Shown here piece after piece: positions 37,556 to 46,228 of a DNA stretch of 64,000 bases (its first letter is position 1; every line of letters begins with the position of its first letter). The translations under genes were made by a program, and so were the position numbers. The notes below the pieces were generated by a model. It did not search any database and was not told the DNA's origin. It worked only from the letters and a program-made list of their open reading frames with translations. Source of the DNA: Deferribacterales bacterium (GTDB taxonomy: Bacteria > Chrysiogenota > Deferribacteres > Deferribacterales > Geovibrionaceae); assembly GCA_050251875.1 (NCBI GenBank), contig JBFWMA010000006.1:64001-128000 (forward strand), given 5' to 3'.

Positions 37556-37650
37556 TTTATTACCTCACTTTATATATTTAATGCCCCGAAAGGCACTAAC
37601 TCCCTCAGTTGGATGAAAGGTCTCCCCCCTTTATCCCTTTGGCCGCATAT

Positions 37651-37995
37651 CTATGGTGCTACGAAATCGAAGTTGTGACATGAAGCGCACACAACCTCTG
37701 ACGGTTTATGTATCTTATGGCAGTCCCTGCAGTCCAGCTCGCCCAGATGTGAATCGTGGGGGTTTGCCTCCGGCAGGTCTTTAGTGAGCTCTTTCACATC
37801 GGCGTACCCGCCGTGACATTCTATGCAGGATTCCTGAGGAGCCGCTTTTTCGGGATTATCGACCTTGTGACAGTCGATACATGCTATGGCGTTCTCCTTG
37901 TGCTTGCCCTTCAGCTCCTGGGCGAATGCCGCAGTGGATAAAAGAGCCACACAAACTATTGCTAAAATTGAGATCATGACGTATGAAAGTTTCAT
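37651..37995 (-). CDS. Small periplasmic tetraheme cytochrome c
   Basis: Signal peptide, four CxxCH motifs (CIDCH, CIECH, CRDCH, CASCH) and NPHDSH. Confidence 0.93.
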   Translation of the reverse strand: MKLSYVMISILAIVCVALLSTAAFAQELKGKHKENAIACIDCHKVDNPEKAAPQESCIECHGGYADVKELTKDLPEANPHDSHLGELDCRDCHKIHKPSEVVCASCHNFDFVAP

Positions 37996-38017
37996 AATAA
38001 TACTCCCGGACACGTTT

Positions 38018-38084
38018 TAGTCATACCTTATATGTAAAATGTATAACATATAATATTACCCGTCAACACAAATGTCATACATTT
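38018..38084. promoter_or_regulatory. Putative FadR/GntR operators overlapping the cytochrome operon promoter
   Basis: AAATGTCATACATTT (38070-38084), ATGTATAACAT (about 38039-38049) and AGTCATACC (about 38019-38027); minus-strand TTGACG-N17-TACATT. Confidence 0.55.
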
Positions 38085-38158
38085 GACATATGACATTTTT
38101 TGTCTTATTATTCGACTTTGGGCTTTTCTTTTGATAGAATTGAACTAAATTAAATTTA

Positions 38159-38188
38159 TTGACTCTTAAAAAATATAATATGTATAAT
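38159..38188 (+). promoter_or_regulatory. Putative sigma-70 promoter of the regulator gene
   Basis: TTGACT-N18-TATAAT. Confidence 0.5.
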
Positions 38189-38217
38189 AAAGTCATTATT
38201 TTTGCAGGGAGAAACAA

Positions 38218-38988
38218 GTGGCAACCTTTATTCCGATCAGGCAGACAAAGGCATCTGACGAGGTATACGGACAGCTGAAAGACGCGATACTCACCGAAAA
38301 GTATAAAGCAGGCGACAAACTGCCGTCAGAGCGGGAACTCATCGAGATGTTTCAGGTCAGCAGAACCGTGGTCAGAGAGGCTATCAAGATTCTGGAGGCA
38401 AACCAGTTTGTCGAGATAAAACAGGGCGCCACAGGCGGAGCTTTTGTAAAACACATCACATTCGAAAGGCTCAGCGATGCCTGCTATGACATGTTCATGT
38501 CCGGTCAGCTCACCCTGCCGGAGCTCTGCCAGGCGAGATTTCTTATCGAGCCCGCCTCTATCAGGCTCTCCGTGCAGAATATGAACGAAGACTATAAAGA
38601 GCGTCTTCTGAAGGCTCTGGATGACGAAAAAAAGACCAGCGACAGTAATGACGAAATGGTCTACTACCGTTCACAGCTCCACTATGTTCTGGCGGAAATG
38701 ACAGAAAACAGGTTTCTCGAAGCTATTATTAAATCTCTGGCGATACTCGTCAGAGAGGTTACCAAAGACATACAGCCGCCCTTTCACCCGGACAAGGTTC
38801 ACCCGGTGGGCATGCACGACAATCTGGTTCAGGCTGTTCTGGACAAAGACGAGGACAGAGCCGCCGAAGAGATGAGGCTCCACCTTATCGATTTCAGAAA
38901 CAGGCTGGAAGAGGCGGAGATGAACTTCCGCAAAACAACGCCGGGCAAACATCTATTCTGCGGCAGGATAGATAAAAAAACTATTTGA
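38218..38988 (+). CDS. FadR-subfamily GntR transcriptional regulator
   Basis: GDKLPSERELIEMFQVSRTVVREA HTH, G..GGAFV and an FCD domain (N.FL...H..L..A......A...M..HL). Confidence 0.93.
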   Translation: MATFIPIRQTKASDEVYGQLKDAILTEKYKAGDKLPSERELIEMFQVSRTVVREAIKILEANQFVEIKQGATGGAFVKHITFERLSDACYDMFMSGQLTLPELCQARFLIEPASIRLSVQNMNEDYKERLLKALDDEKKTSDSNDEMVYYRSQLHYVLAEMTENRFLEAIIKSLAILVREVTKDIQPPFHPDKVHPVGMHDNLVQAVLDKDEDRAAEEMRLHLIDFRNRLEEAEMNFRKTTPGKHLFCGRIDKKTI

Positions 38989-39083
38989 TTATTGCTCATC
39001 CGAGCTATATTAAAGTACATAACTTTTGTGGGGAAGTGATTGTGCCCGTACCTATGCGACAACACAACTTACGGAGGTTATTA

Positions 39084-40370
39084 ATGCCCTTAGTTACTGC
39101 TGATATGACTCTTTCCGACATTATCAAAAAATATCCCGACACGAAGGAACTGTTTCTGGCTAACGGTCTCTCCGCCGACAGCATGAATGACGCTTTTCTG
39201 AGCGCTCTCACTTTGGAGAGATTCATGTCGCTGAGAAGCCTGAATCCGGAGCTTTTCATGCAGATCATAAATGCCGCTGCCGATGCCTGTTCCGAGCAGA
39301 AGATACTCTATACCACGGAAATACCGCCCATGAGAGCGGATTTTCTCGGATACGTTGTCTGTCCTTTCAAGCACCTTTACAAAGAGAAGCTGGAAGACGT
39401 GCTGACACAGCACTATGAGAAAACAGGCGACAGACTCATCAGCTTCGTCCCCATGGGATGCGGAGGACCTGACCCATATGAATACATATGGGAGGCGGAG
39501 AACATAGATGAACTGCCGGACGTGATAGCGTCTGTGGGATTCGGCGCTTTCTACCGTGAACAGTTCAAAAAGAAATTTCTGGAAACAGGAATGTTCACAT
39601 CTGTTCAGCCCCAGCCCGTTCCCGAACCATTCAAATCCGCCGGACTGGAAGACCCGAAAAAGATATATACCGTCTACTCCATCTCAGCCTATGTTATGCT
39701 GATAGACCATAAAAAGCTGGGTGATCTGCCAATGCCTAAAACATGGCTGGACATCACCGACCCCATTTACAAAGACAATGTAATCATAGGCGGCAACGAG
39801 GACGAGGTTAACGAAGTTCTCCTCATGCACATATGGAAAGACGGCGGAGACGAGGCGCTGAAACGCTTCGCCCCCAATGTGAAGGCGGCATGGCACGCCT
39901 CCCAGATGGCTAAGGCGGCAGGCAGCAGCATGAAGATCGGAGCGGCGATTTACGTTCTGCCGTGGTTCTTCGCCAGCACATGCCCCAACGCTCCCCACGC
40001 CGAAGTCTACTTTCCGGAGGACGGAGCGCTGGCAAGCCCGATGTATATGCTGGTGAAAACCGACAAGGTTGAGCGCATGAAACCCGTTATCGACTTTAAA
40101 ACCGGAAAGATGCTGGGGGACGTATCAGCGAAATCACTCTTTCCGTCTCTGAACCCCGATGCCGAAAAAGTTCTGCCGGAAGGCGTAAAGCTGAAATGGT
40201 TCGGCTGGGATTTCATCCACTCCACCGACATGAAAGAGCTGTCCGAGGAACTGAACAAAAAATTTATGTCCTACCATAAAAACAAGAACGTGCTGAACGA
40301 GACATCGGAAGTGATTCCTCTGTCCAAGCCGGAAAAAGGCTTCAAAAAAGCCGTGCTGATGAAGGACTGA
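39084..40370 (+). CDS. Solute-binding-protein-fold protein with an N-terminal DUF1858-like domain and no signal peptide
   Basis: N-terminal MTLSDIIKKYPDTKELFLANG; SBP-like PKTWLDITDPIY and FPEDGALASP; ATG at 39084 after GGAGG. Confidence 0.75.
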   Translation: MPLVTADMTLSDIIKKYPDTKELFLANGLSADSMNDAFLSALTLERFMSLRSLNPELFMQIINAAADACSEQKILYTTEIPPMRADFLGYVVCPFKHLYKEKLEDVLTQHYEKTGDRLISFVPMGCGGPDPYEYIWEAENIDELPDVIASVGFGAFYREQFKKKFLETGMFTSVQPQPVPEPFKSAGLEDPKKIYTVYSISAYVMLIDHKKLGDLPMPKTWLDITDPIYKDNVIIGGNEDEVNEVLLMHIWKDGGDEALKRFAPNVKAAWHASQMAKAAGSSMKIGAAIYVLPWFFASTCPNAPHAEVYFPEDGALASPMYMLVKTDKVERMKPVIDFKTGKMLGDVSAKSLFPSLNPDAEKVLPEGVKLKWFGWDFIHSTDMKELSEELNKKFMSYHKNKNVLNETSEVIPLSKPEKGFKKAVLMKD

Positions 40371-40371
40371 T

Positions 40372-41070
40372 ATGAAGCTGATAACAGTAGCGGGTCCTCC
40401 GTCATCAGGCAAAACTTCCGTGATAATAAAAACCGCCGAGCACCTGAAAAAATCAGTTGGCAAAATCGGCGTGGTGAAATTCGACTGTCTGTCCACCACA
40501 GACCACGCTGTGTATGCCAGAGCGGGCATACCTGTGGTAACCGGAATATCAGGCAACCTGTGTCCCGACCACTTCTTTGTGAGCAACATAGACGACTGTG
40601 TTCAGTGGGCAAAGGGCAAGGGATTCGACATGCTGATATCAGAGAGCGCCGGACTGTGCAACAGATGCAGTCCGCACATAAAGAACGTGCTCGCCGTCTG
40701 TGTCATAGACAATCTGGCGGGGGCGGACACCCCGCAGAAAATAGGTCCTATGCTGAGATACGCCGACATAGTCACCGTGACTAAGGGCGACATAGTGTCA
40801 CAGGCAGAGCGGGAGGTTTTTTCATTCAGAGTGCGTCAGGCGAACCCCAAAGCCTCCGTGGTGTTCATAAACGGCATCACCGGACAGGGCTCATACGATC
40901 TGTCGCACAGCTTCCTGAAATCCACCGATGTGGACACTCTGGAAGGCGCTAAGCTGAGATTCTCTGTTCCCGCCGCCATCTGCCCCTACTGCGTGGGCGA
41001 GATGACTATCGGTGTGGATCACCAGAAGGGCAATGTGAAAAAGATGTCGTTTCAGGAGGTGACAGCATGA
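40372..41070 (+). CDS. HypB/UreG-like P-loop GTPase (putative metallochaperone)
   Basis: GPPSSGKT, ESAG, K.GP....AD and TKGD motifs; Cys motifs LCPDH, LCNRC and CPYC. Confidence 0.85.
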   Translation: MKLITVAGPPSSGKTSVIIKTAEHLKKSVGKIGVVKFDCLSTTDHAVYARAGIPVVTGISGNLCPDHFFVSNIDDCVQWAKGKGFDMLISESAGLCNRCSPHIKNVLAVCVIDNLAGADTPQKIGPMLRYADIVTVTKGDIVSQAEREVFSFRVRQANPKASVVFINGITGQGSYDLSHSFLKSTDVDTLEGAKLRFSVPAAICPYCVGEMTIGVDHQKGNVKKMSFQEVTA

Positions 41071-42089
41071 GCGTTGATCTCCTGAATATACCCTTCGCCG
41101 TCATTACGGACGAGCACCCCTATGCCGAAGACTACTTCAAATCCGTGAACATCACGGATTTCGACACAGAGCTGACGCCAAACGAAATAATATCGGCGCT
41201 GGATGACAACGAGCTGACAGAGAACGGCTTTTCGAAAGATCAGATAGCGTCTCACTTCATAGAATTCATAGCTCAGGCGTCCATGCTGAAACAGACCGCC
41301 TCCAGAGCGGTGGAGAGCATCACCATCATAGGCGGACAGGACAAATCCGGCAGAAAAGAGGACATGGAACTGACCCTCGTCCCCGGCGACATCCTCTGCA
41401 TAGTGGGGAGCACAGGCTCAGGCAAGAGCCGTCTGCTGGCGGATATAGAATGTTTCGCTCAGGAGGACACCCCCACAGGCAGAACGATTCTGGTGAACGG
41501 AAAACCCCTCATAGGCGAGGAGAGATTCCGTCTGGAAAACAAGCTGGTGGCTCAGCTCAGCCAGAACATGAACTTCGTGGTGGATATGAGCGTGGGGGAT
41601 TTCATCACCATGCACGCCGTCAGCCGTATGATACCGGATATCGAAACCACGGTGAAAAACGTGATAGCCTGCGCCAACGATCTGGCGGGCGAGCAGTTCA
41701 CACCGGAAACAGCTCTGACACAGCTCTCAGGAGGACAGTCCAGAGCTCTGATGATAGCCGACACAGCTCTTCTGAGCTCCAGCCCGGTGGTGCTGATAGA
41801 CGAGATAGAGAACGCAGGAGTGGACAGGAAAAAAGCTCTGGAACTGCTGGTTCAGAAAGAAAAAATAGTGTTGATGTCCACCCACGACCCCATACTGGCT
41901 CTGATGGGCAACAGACGCATAGCCATAAAAAACGGCGGGATAGCCGCTGTGATGGAGACCGATGACGAGGAGGCGGACACTCTGGAAGTTCTGGAGATTC
42001 TGGACGCCAAAATGATGGATCTGCGCCAGAGACTGAGAGCCGGCGAGCGCATCGGTTTTGATATGAAAAAATTCTTCGGGATTAAATAG
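41067..42089 (+). CDS. ABC-family ATPase with an N-terminal extension
   Basis: GSTGSGKS, LSGGQSRA, LIDEIEN and STHD motifs. Confidence 0.88.
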   Translation: MSVDLLNIPFAVITDEHPYAEDYFKSVNITDFDTELTPNEIISALDDNELTENGFSKDQIASHFIEFIAQASMLKQTASRAVESITIIGGQDKSGRKEDMELTLVPGDILCIVGSTGSGKSRLLADIECFAQEDTPTGRTILVNGKPLIGEERFRLENKLVAQLSQNMNFVVDMSVGDFITMHAVSRMIPDIETTVKNVIACANDLAGEQFTPETALTQLSGGQSRALMIADTALLSSSPVVLIDEIENAGVDRKKALELLVQKEKIVLMSTHDPILALMGNRRIAIKNGGIAAVMETDDEEADTLEVLEILDAKMMDLRQRLRAGERIGFDMKKFFGIK

Positions 42090-42103
42090 ATTTTATATAT
42101 TCT

Positions 42104-42163
42104 GTAGGGCGGTATTTTATATGCCGCCGTTTTTTTGCGGCGTGGTGTAAAACCACGCCCTAC
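42104..42163. repeat. Inverted doublet of GTAG-type REP elements
   Basis: GTAGGGCGGTATTTTATATGCCGCC (+) and GTAGGGCGTGGTTTTACACCACGCC (-) between convergent genes. Confidence 0.75.
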
Positions 42164-42167
42164 TTTA

Positions 42168-42953
42168 TCAGCTCTTCTTATTTATAGTTCTGAGCGCCCT
42201 TTTGCAGATCTTCGCTGTTTCCTTCGTGGGGCTCTCTTTTGTCCATCTGTCAGTAATCCCTATGACCCATTCCGGTTTAGATTTCGATGCGTCATTCAGC
42301 CAGTTTGCCACGGAATCCTGAACATATTTATGCGGATCGGAACGCAGAGGCTCCAGAATGGCAAGCCCCGTCTCCGGGCTGTCTTTCAGCTTTTGTATAT
42401 GAGCGCACCACACGCCCCTGGGTCTGGTCGCCTCGCTGGCGCACCGTCTGATATATGCGCTGTCGGATGATGTCCACGGAAGCAGAAGCTCCACCGCCCG
42501 CTCAACATCTTTCGCTATATCGTCTCTCAGCGCCATCCAGGCCATCTCACGCACGCCCATGTGTATGTCGTCAGCGAACGGCTTTATCAGCTCCAGCCGG
42601 GTCTCCATATCGGTCTCTCTGAAACCGTATGCCAGACACGCCCAGCATCTGGCTATGTCTGATTCATGATAAGAAAAAACGTCCAGTGTCTGCGGATATT
42701 TCAGCAGAAACTTTCCGATGTTTCTGTAGCATGTCATCAGTTTCTGGTTCAGAGGATCGTTCCTCAGCTCGGAAATATCTAATACCATACCGCTGTCACG
42801 CAGTATGTTTTCCAGCAGGACAAAATTATTCACTGCCATAGACTCCCCCAGATTAACTGTAGGTATCCTGCCTGTCTCTATCAGAGCCAGAATGTCCGCA
42901 GGCACATCTTTCGGCGATGTGGCGCCTTTTCTGTTTAATATATCAGCATTCAT
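42168..42953 (-). CDS. DNA alkylation repair protein (HEAT-repeat, AlkC/AlkD-like)
   Basis: GVREMAWMALR, RR.ASEATRPRGVWCAHI, DP.KYVQDSVANWLNDASK and KRALRT motifs. Confidence 0.85.
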   Translation of the reverse strand: MNADILNRKGATSPKDVPADILALIETGRIPTVNLGESMAVNNFVLLENILRDSGMVLDISELRNDPLNQKLMTCYRNIGKFLLKYPQTLDVFSYHESDIARCWACLAYGFRETDMETRLELIKPFADDIHMGVREMAWMALRDDIAKDVERAVELLLPWTSSDSAYIRRCASEATRPRGVWCAHIQKLKDSPETGLAILEPLRSDPHKYVQDSVANWLNDASKSKPEWVIGITDRWTKESPTKETAKICKRALRTINKKS

Positions 42954-43626
42954 AATCTATCATATACTCAATATAGCCTTTCATGCGCAGTCTGCACGCC
43001 GGACACCTTCCGCATCCATAGCCCCATTTATGCCTGTGTTTTCTGTCGCCTTCATAGCATGTGTGGCTGTCTTCCAGCACTGTTTCCAGAACGCCGCAGT
43101 CCTTCGCCAGCTTGAATGTCTGTGCCTTGTTCAGGTGCATCAGAGGCGTATGGATTTTAATATCGCACTCACTGCCCGTGTTCAGGGATTCTTCCATCAG
43201 GCTGACAAATCCGCTCCGGCAGTCGGGATATCCGGAATAGTCCGTCTCGCACACACCCGTCACCAGATTATCGCACCCCAGAAGCTGTGCATAGGCGTGG
43301 GACAGAGTGATGAAAAGAGCGTTTCTGTTGGGGACATATGAAGCCGGAAGGTTTTTCAGCCTCGGGTGGGCTCCGTTCACATCAGCCCCGCTGGTCAGGG
43401 CGGAATCGACCATCCCGGCGAAAAAACTGATATCGACTATTTTCGAGGAGACGTTCATCTTCTCCGCTATTATCCCCGCCTGTATCAGCTCCACAGAATG
43501 ATTCTGTCCGTATCCGAAAGATATGGTATGCACCCTGTCGAATCTGTCCAGCGCCCAGCCCAGACATGTCGTGCTGTCCTGCCCGCCGGAGAAGATCACC
43601 AGAGCGTTGTTATTGATTTTCCGCAT
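42943..43626 (-). CDS. queC: 7-cyano-7-deazaguanine synthase
   Basis: FSGGQDSTTCL, YVPNRN, TDYSGYPDCR, TPLM, TCY.G and GCG.CPAC.LR motifs. Confidence 0.96.
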   Translation of the reverse strand: MRKINNNALVIFSGGQDSTTCLGWALDRFDRVHTISFGYGQNHSVELIQAGIIAEKMNVSSKIVDISFFAGMVDSALTSGADVNGAHPRLKNLPASYVPNRNALFITLSHAYAQLLGCDNLVTGVCETDYSGYPDCRSGFVSLMEESLNTGSECDIKIHTPLMHLNKAQTFKLAKDCGVLETVLEDSHTCYEGDRKHRHKWGYGCGRCPACRLRMKGYIEYMIDYEC

Positions 43627-43981
43627 TATAAAACTTCCTGTAGTCGCCGTCAGCCACCTCAGCCATATCGCAGTGGTGCCCCCTGCCCATAAATATATAG
43701 GCGCAGACTGTACGCTCAGCGCATATCACGTCTGTGACGGTCATATAATAAAACTCGCCTTCATAATCTGTGAGTCTCTTTAGAAGACTGTCCGGAACCT
43801 CATAAAGTTCGCCTTTTATCCGGCACTTACTGCGCCCGTTAAAGACAAATGGGTATCCATCGTTAATATACATGGACAGAGGGTCCACGGTGACCGCTTC
43901 CGGGCAGACCAGCTCAGCTCCGTCCATCTCTTCATTTGCTCTCATCCCGCTCATCAGCGAGCCGTATACAAACATTTTCAT
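43610..43981 (-). CDS. Gamma-glutamylcyclotransferase family protein
   Basis: FVYGSLM, GYP, IKGELYEV and L..YEG motifs. Confidence 0.87.
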   Translation of the reverse strand: MKMFVYGSLMSGMRANEEMDGAELVCPEAVTVDPLSMYINDGYPFVFNGRSKCRIKGELYEVPDSLLKRLTDYEGEFYYMTVTDVICAERTVCAYIFMGRGHHCDMAEVADGDYRKFYNAENQ

Positions 43982-43985
43982 AGGC

Positions 43986-45092
43986 TTATTCCAGTGTTTT
44001 CTTAAATTTTATCGAGGCGACTGTCAGAAAAAAAACGGCGTGTATGCACAGCCAAATGAGCTGTTTGGACATCTCATGGAATGTCGCTCCCTTCACCACC
44101 ACGCCTATTATCCCCTCCAGACCCCAGCGCAGAGGCACCAGATGGGTGAAATACTGCACAGGCACGGGCATGTTGTTAACAGGGAACATATATCCGCTCA
44201 GAAGAGCGCTGGGCATCATCAGAAAAAATGATGTCAGAAGCGCCTGCTGCTGTGTTCTGGCGGAGGCGCTCACCAGAAGAGCCAGCCCCAGATATGTCAG
44301 TATGTTTATGATTATTATCAGATAAAGCAGAAAAATACTGCCCTTAATAGTTATATCGAAAATCACGCCCGCCATGATAAACATCATGGTGCTGGTGAGA
44401 AGCCCCGTCAGCATGAACGGCATGGTCTTTCCGATGATGAATTCCGGACGGGTAATGGGCGTCACCATCACCTGTTCGATGGTGCCTATCTCCTTCTCCC
44501 GCACGATGGCTATGCTCGTCAGCAGCATGCTGGTAACCATAATCATCAGGGCGATCAGCCCCGGCACATAATAGTTGCGGCTGAGCAGGTTCACGTTGAA
44601 CAGGCTTCTGGTCTGAAATGTCACCTCAGACGTCTTCATATCAGCGTTCTTCTCAGCGTTATAAAGGTTTATAACGCCCGAAGCATAGCTGAAAATCGTC
44701 CCGGCGTCATTGCTCATGGTTCCGTCACCGATAACCTGAATCTCCGCAGGTTTATGCGACAGAATATTTTTCTCCGTGCCTTTTGAAAAGACCACAGCGC
44801 CCCGCACATCGCCCCTGTCCAGCATCATTTTCAGATCGTCAGCGCTCTTTGCGTAGGTTTTTATTATAAAATATCCGCCGGACTGAAACCTGTCCGCTAT
44901 CTCTCTGGTGGTGACTGTTTTGTCATAATCCAGAACGGCGATATCGATATTCTTCACATCCATAGTCAGAGCGAAAGAGAACACCATAAGCTGTATCAGC
45001 GGAAAAACGAACACGATCATCCGCATCTTGGGGTCTCTCAGCATCTGTTTCATCTCTTTTTTCAGCATCGATCTGATGGTAAGCAGTTTCAT
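43986..45092 (-). CDS. ABC-2 exporter permease (YbhR-like)
   Basis: KEMKQMLRD, VPGL, REKEIGTIEQ..VTP and LSG..FPV.NMP motifs. Confidence 0.9.
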   Translation of the reverse strand: MKLLTIRSMLKKEMKQMLRDPKMRMIVFVFPLIQLMVFSFALTMDVKNIDIAVLDYDKTVTTREIADRFQSGGYFIIKTYAKSADDLKMMLDRGDVRGAVVFSKGTEKNILSHKPAEIQVIGDGTMSNDAGTIFSYASGVINLYNAEKNADMKTSEVTFQTRSLFNVNLLSRNYYVPGLIALMIMVTSMLLTSIAIVREKEIGTIEQVMVTPITRPEFIIGKTMPFMLTGLLTSTMMFIMAGVIFDITIKGSIFLLYLIIIINILTYLGLALLVSASARTQQQALLTSFFLMMPSALLSGYMFPVNNMPVPVQYFTHLVPLRWGLEGIIGVVVKGATFHEMSKQLIWLCIHAVFFLTVASIKFKKTLE

Positions 45093-46228
45093 CAGTTCAG
45101 CCTCATCTTCAGTCTTTTATTGGCTATCAGAATCATCAGCGCCGTATATATCAGCAGAAACAGAAAATTCAGAAATATCATCTCCAGCCCCACACCTTTC
45201 AGATAGATGCTCTTAAGCATGGACACGAAATATCTGGCGGGAAACACATGGGTCAGAATCCTGATAGGCAGCGGCATGTTGGCTATGGTAAAGACAAATC
45301 CGCTCAGCATCAGTGTCGGCAGAAATCCCGTGACGATGGCTATCTGGTTCGCCAGCACCTGTTTTTTCAGGTTGATGCTCAGCACCAGACCGAAGAACAG
45401 CACCCCGGTCAGAAATATAGTCGCCACAAAAAACAGCAGAGCCGGATTGCCCCGCATAGGCACTCCGAAAACCAGCCTGCCCAGCCCCACGGCGATTATC
45501 ACATCCGCCAGACCTATGCAGTAGAGCGGAATCACCTTGCCGAATGTAAGCTCCAGCCGGCGCACGGGCGTGCTGATCAGCTGTTCCATCGTCCCCGTCT
45601 CCCACTCACGGGCAACGGTAACACTGGCGAGCATGGCGGCGATAACAGCCATCACGATAGCCAGAATCCCCGGCACGATCATATATGTGCTCACCATCCC
45701 CTGGTTGTACCAGGCTCTGGGAACAGCCACCGCCTGAACACCTCCGGACGTGTTTCCGGTCAGGCTCACACTCTCCGCCTTCAGCTTGGTGTTATATATC
45801 ATAGACAGCGCCTGAATATAGTTCAGCGCCTGTCTGCCTGTGTTTGCGTCACTGCCGTCTATCAGCACCTGAACGGAAGTCTCCTCTCCCTTCAGCACCC
45901 TGTCGGCAAAATCCCTCTTTATTATCACCCCGGTCAGTATCCGCTTCATCCGCAGATCCTGCTGGAGCTGTTCGTATGATGTGTATCCACGCTTAACGCT
46001 GAAATAGTCCGAGCCGTCAAATATGCTCACCAGCTCACGGCTCTGGGGAGTGTTCGAGAAATCCACAACACCTGTGGGGATGTTCTTCAGGTCGGTGTTC
46101 AGAGCGTATCCGAAGAGCAGTATCAGCATCACTGGAATAGCTATAGCCAGAAACAGGCTCCGCCAGTCTCTGATTATATGTATGAACTCCTTTATCACCA
46201 CGGCTTTCAGCCGTCTGGGACTAAACAT
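45092..46228 (-). CDS. ABC-2 exporter permease (YbhS-like)
   Basis: KEFIHIIRD, DGSD.N, AREWETGTMEQL.STP and LSGFVF.I.NMP motifs. Confidence 0.9.
   Translation of the reverse strand: MFSPRRLKAVVIKEFIHIIRDWRSLFLAIAIPVMLILLFGYALNTDLKNIPTGVVDFSNTPQSRELVSIFDGSDYFSVKRGYTSYEQLQQDLRMKRILTGVIIKRDFADRVLKGEETSVQVLIDGSDANTGRQALNYIQALSMIYNTKLKAESVSLTGNTSGGVQAVAVPRAWYNQGMVSTYMIVPGILAIVMAVIAAMLASVTVAREWETGTMEQLISTPVRRLELTFGKVIPLYCIGLADVIIAVGLGRLVFGVPMRGNPALLFFVATIFLTGVLFFGLVLSINLKKQVLANQIAIVTGFLPTLMLSGFVFTIANMPLPIRILTHVFPARYFVSMLKSIYLKGVGLEMIFLNFLFLLIYTALMILIANKRLKMRLN

Noticed and set aside
38985..39083. N-terminal extension of the SBP-like ORF from the track start at 38985
   Set aside because: A strong GGAGG precedes ATG 39084, and the extension is not a signal peptide.
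42943..43626. queC as part of a Qat/CBASS/Dpd defence or DNA-modification system
   Set aside because: Canonical length and motifs; no TatD, cyclase, TGT-like or dpd partner genes nearby.
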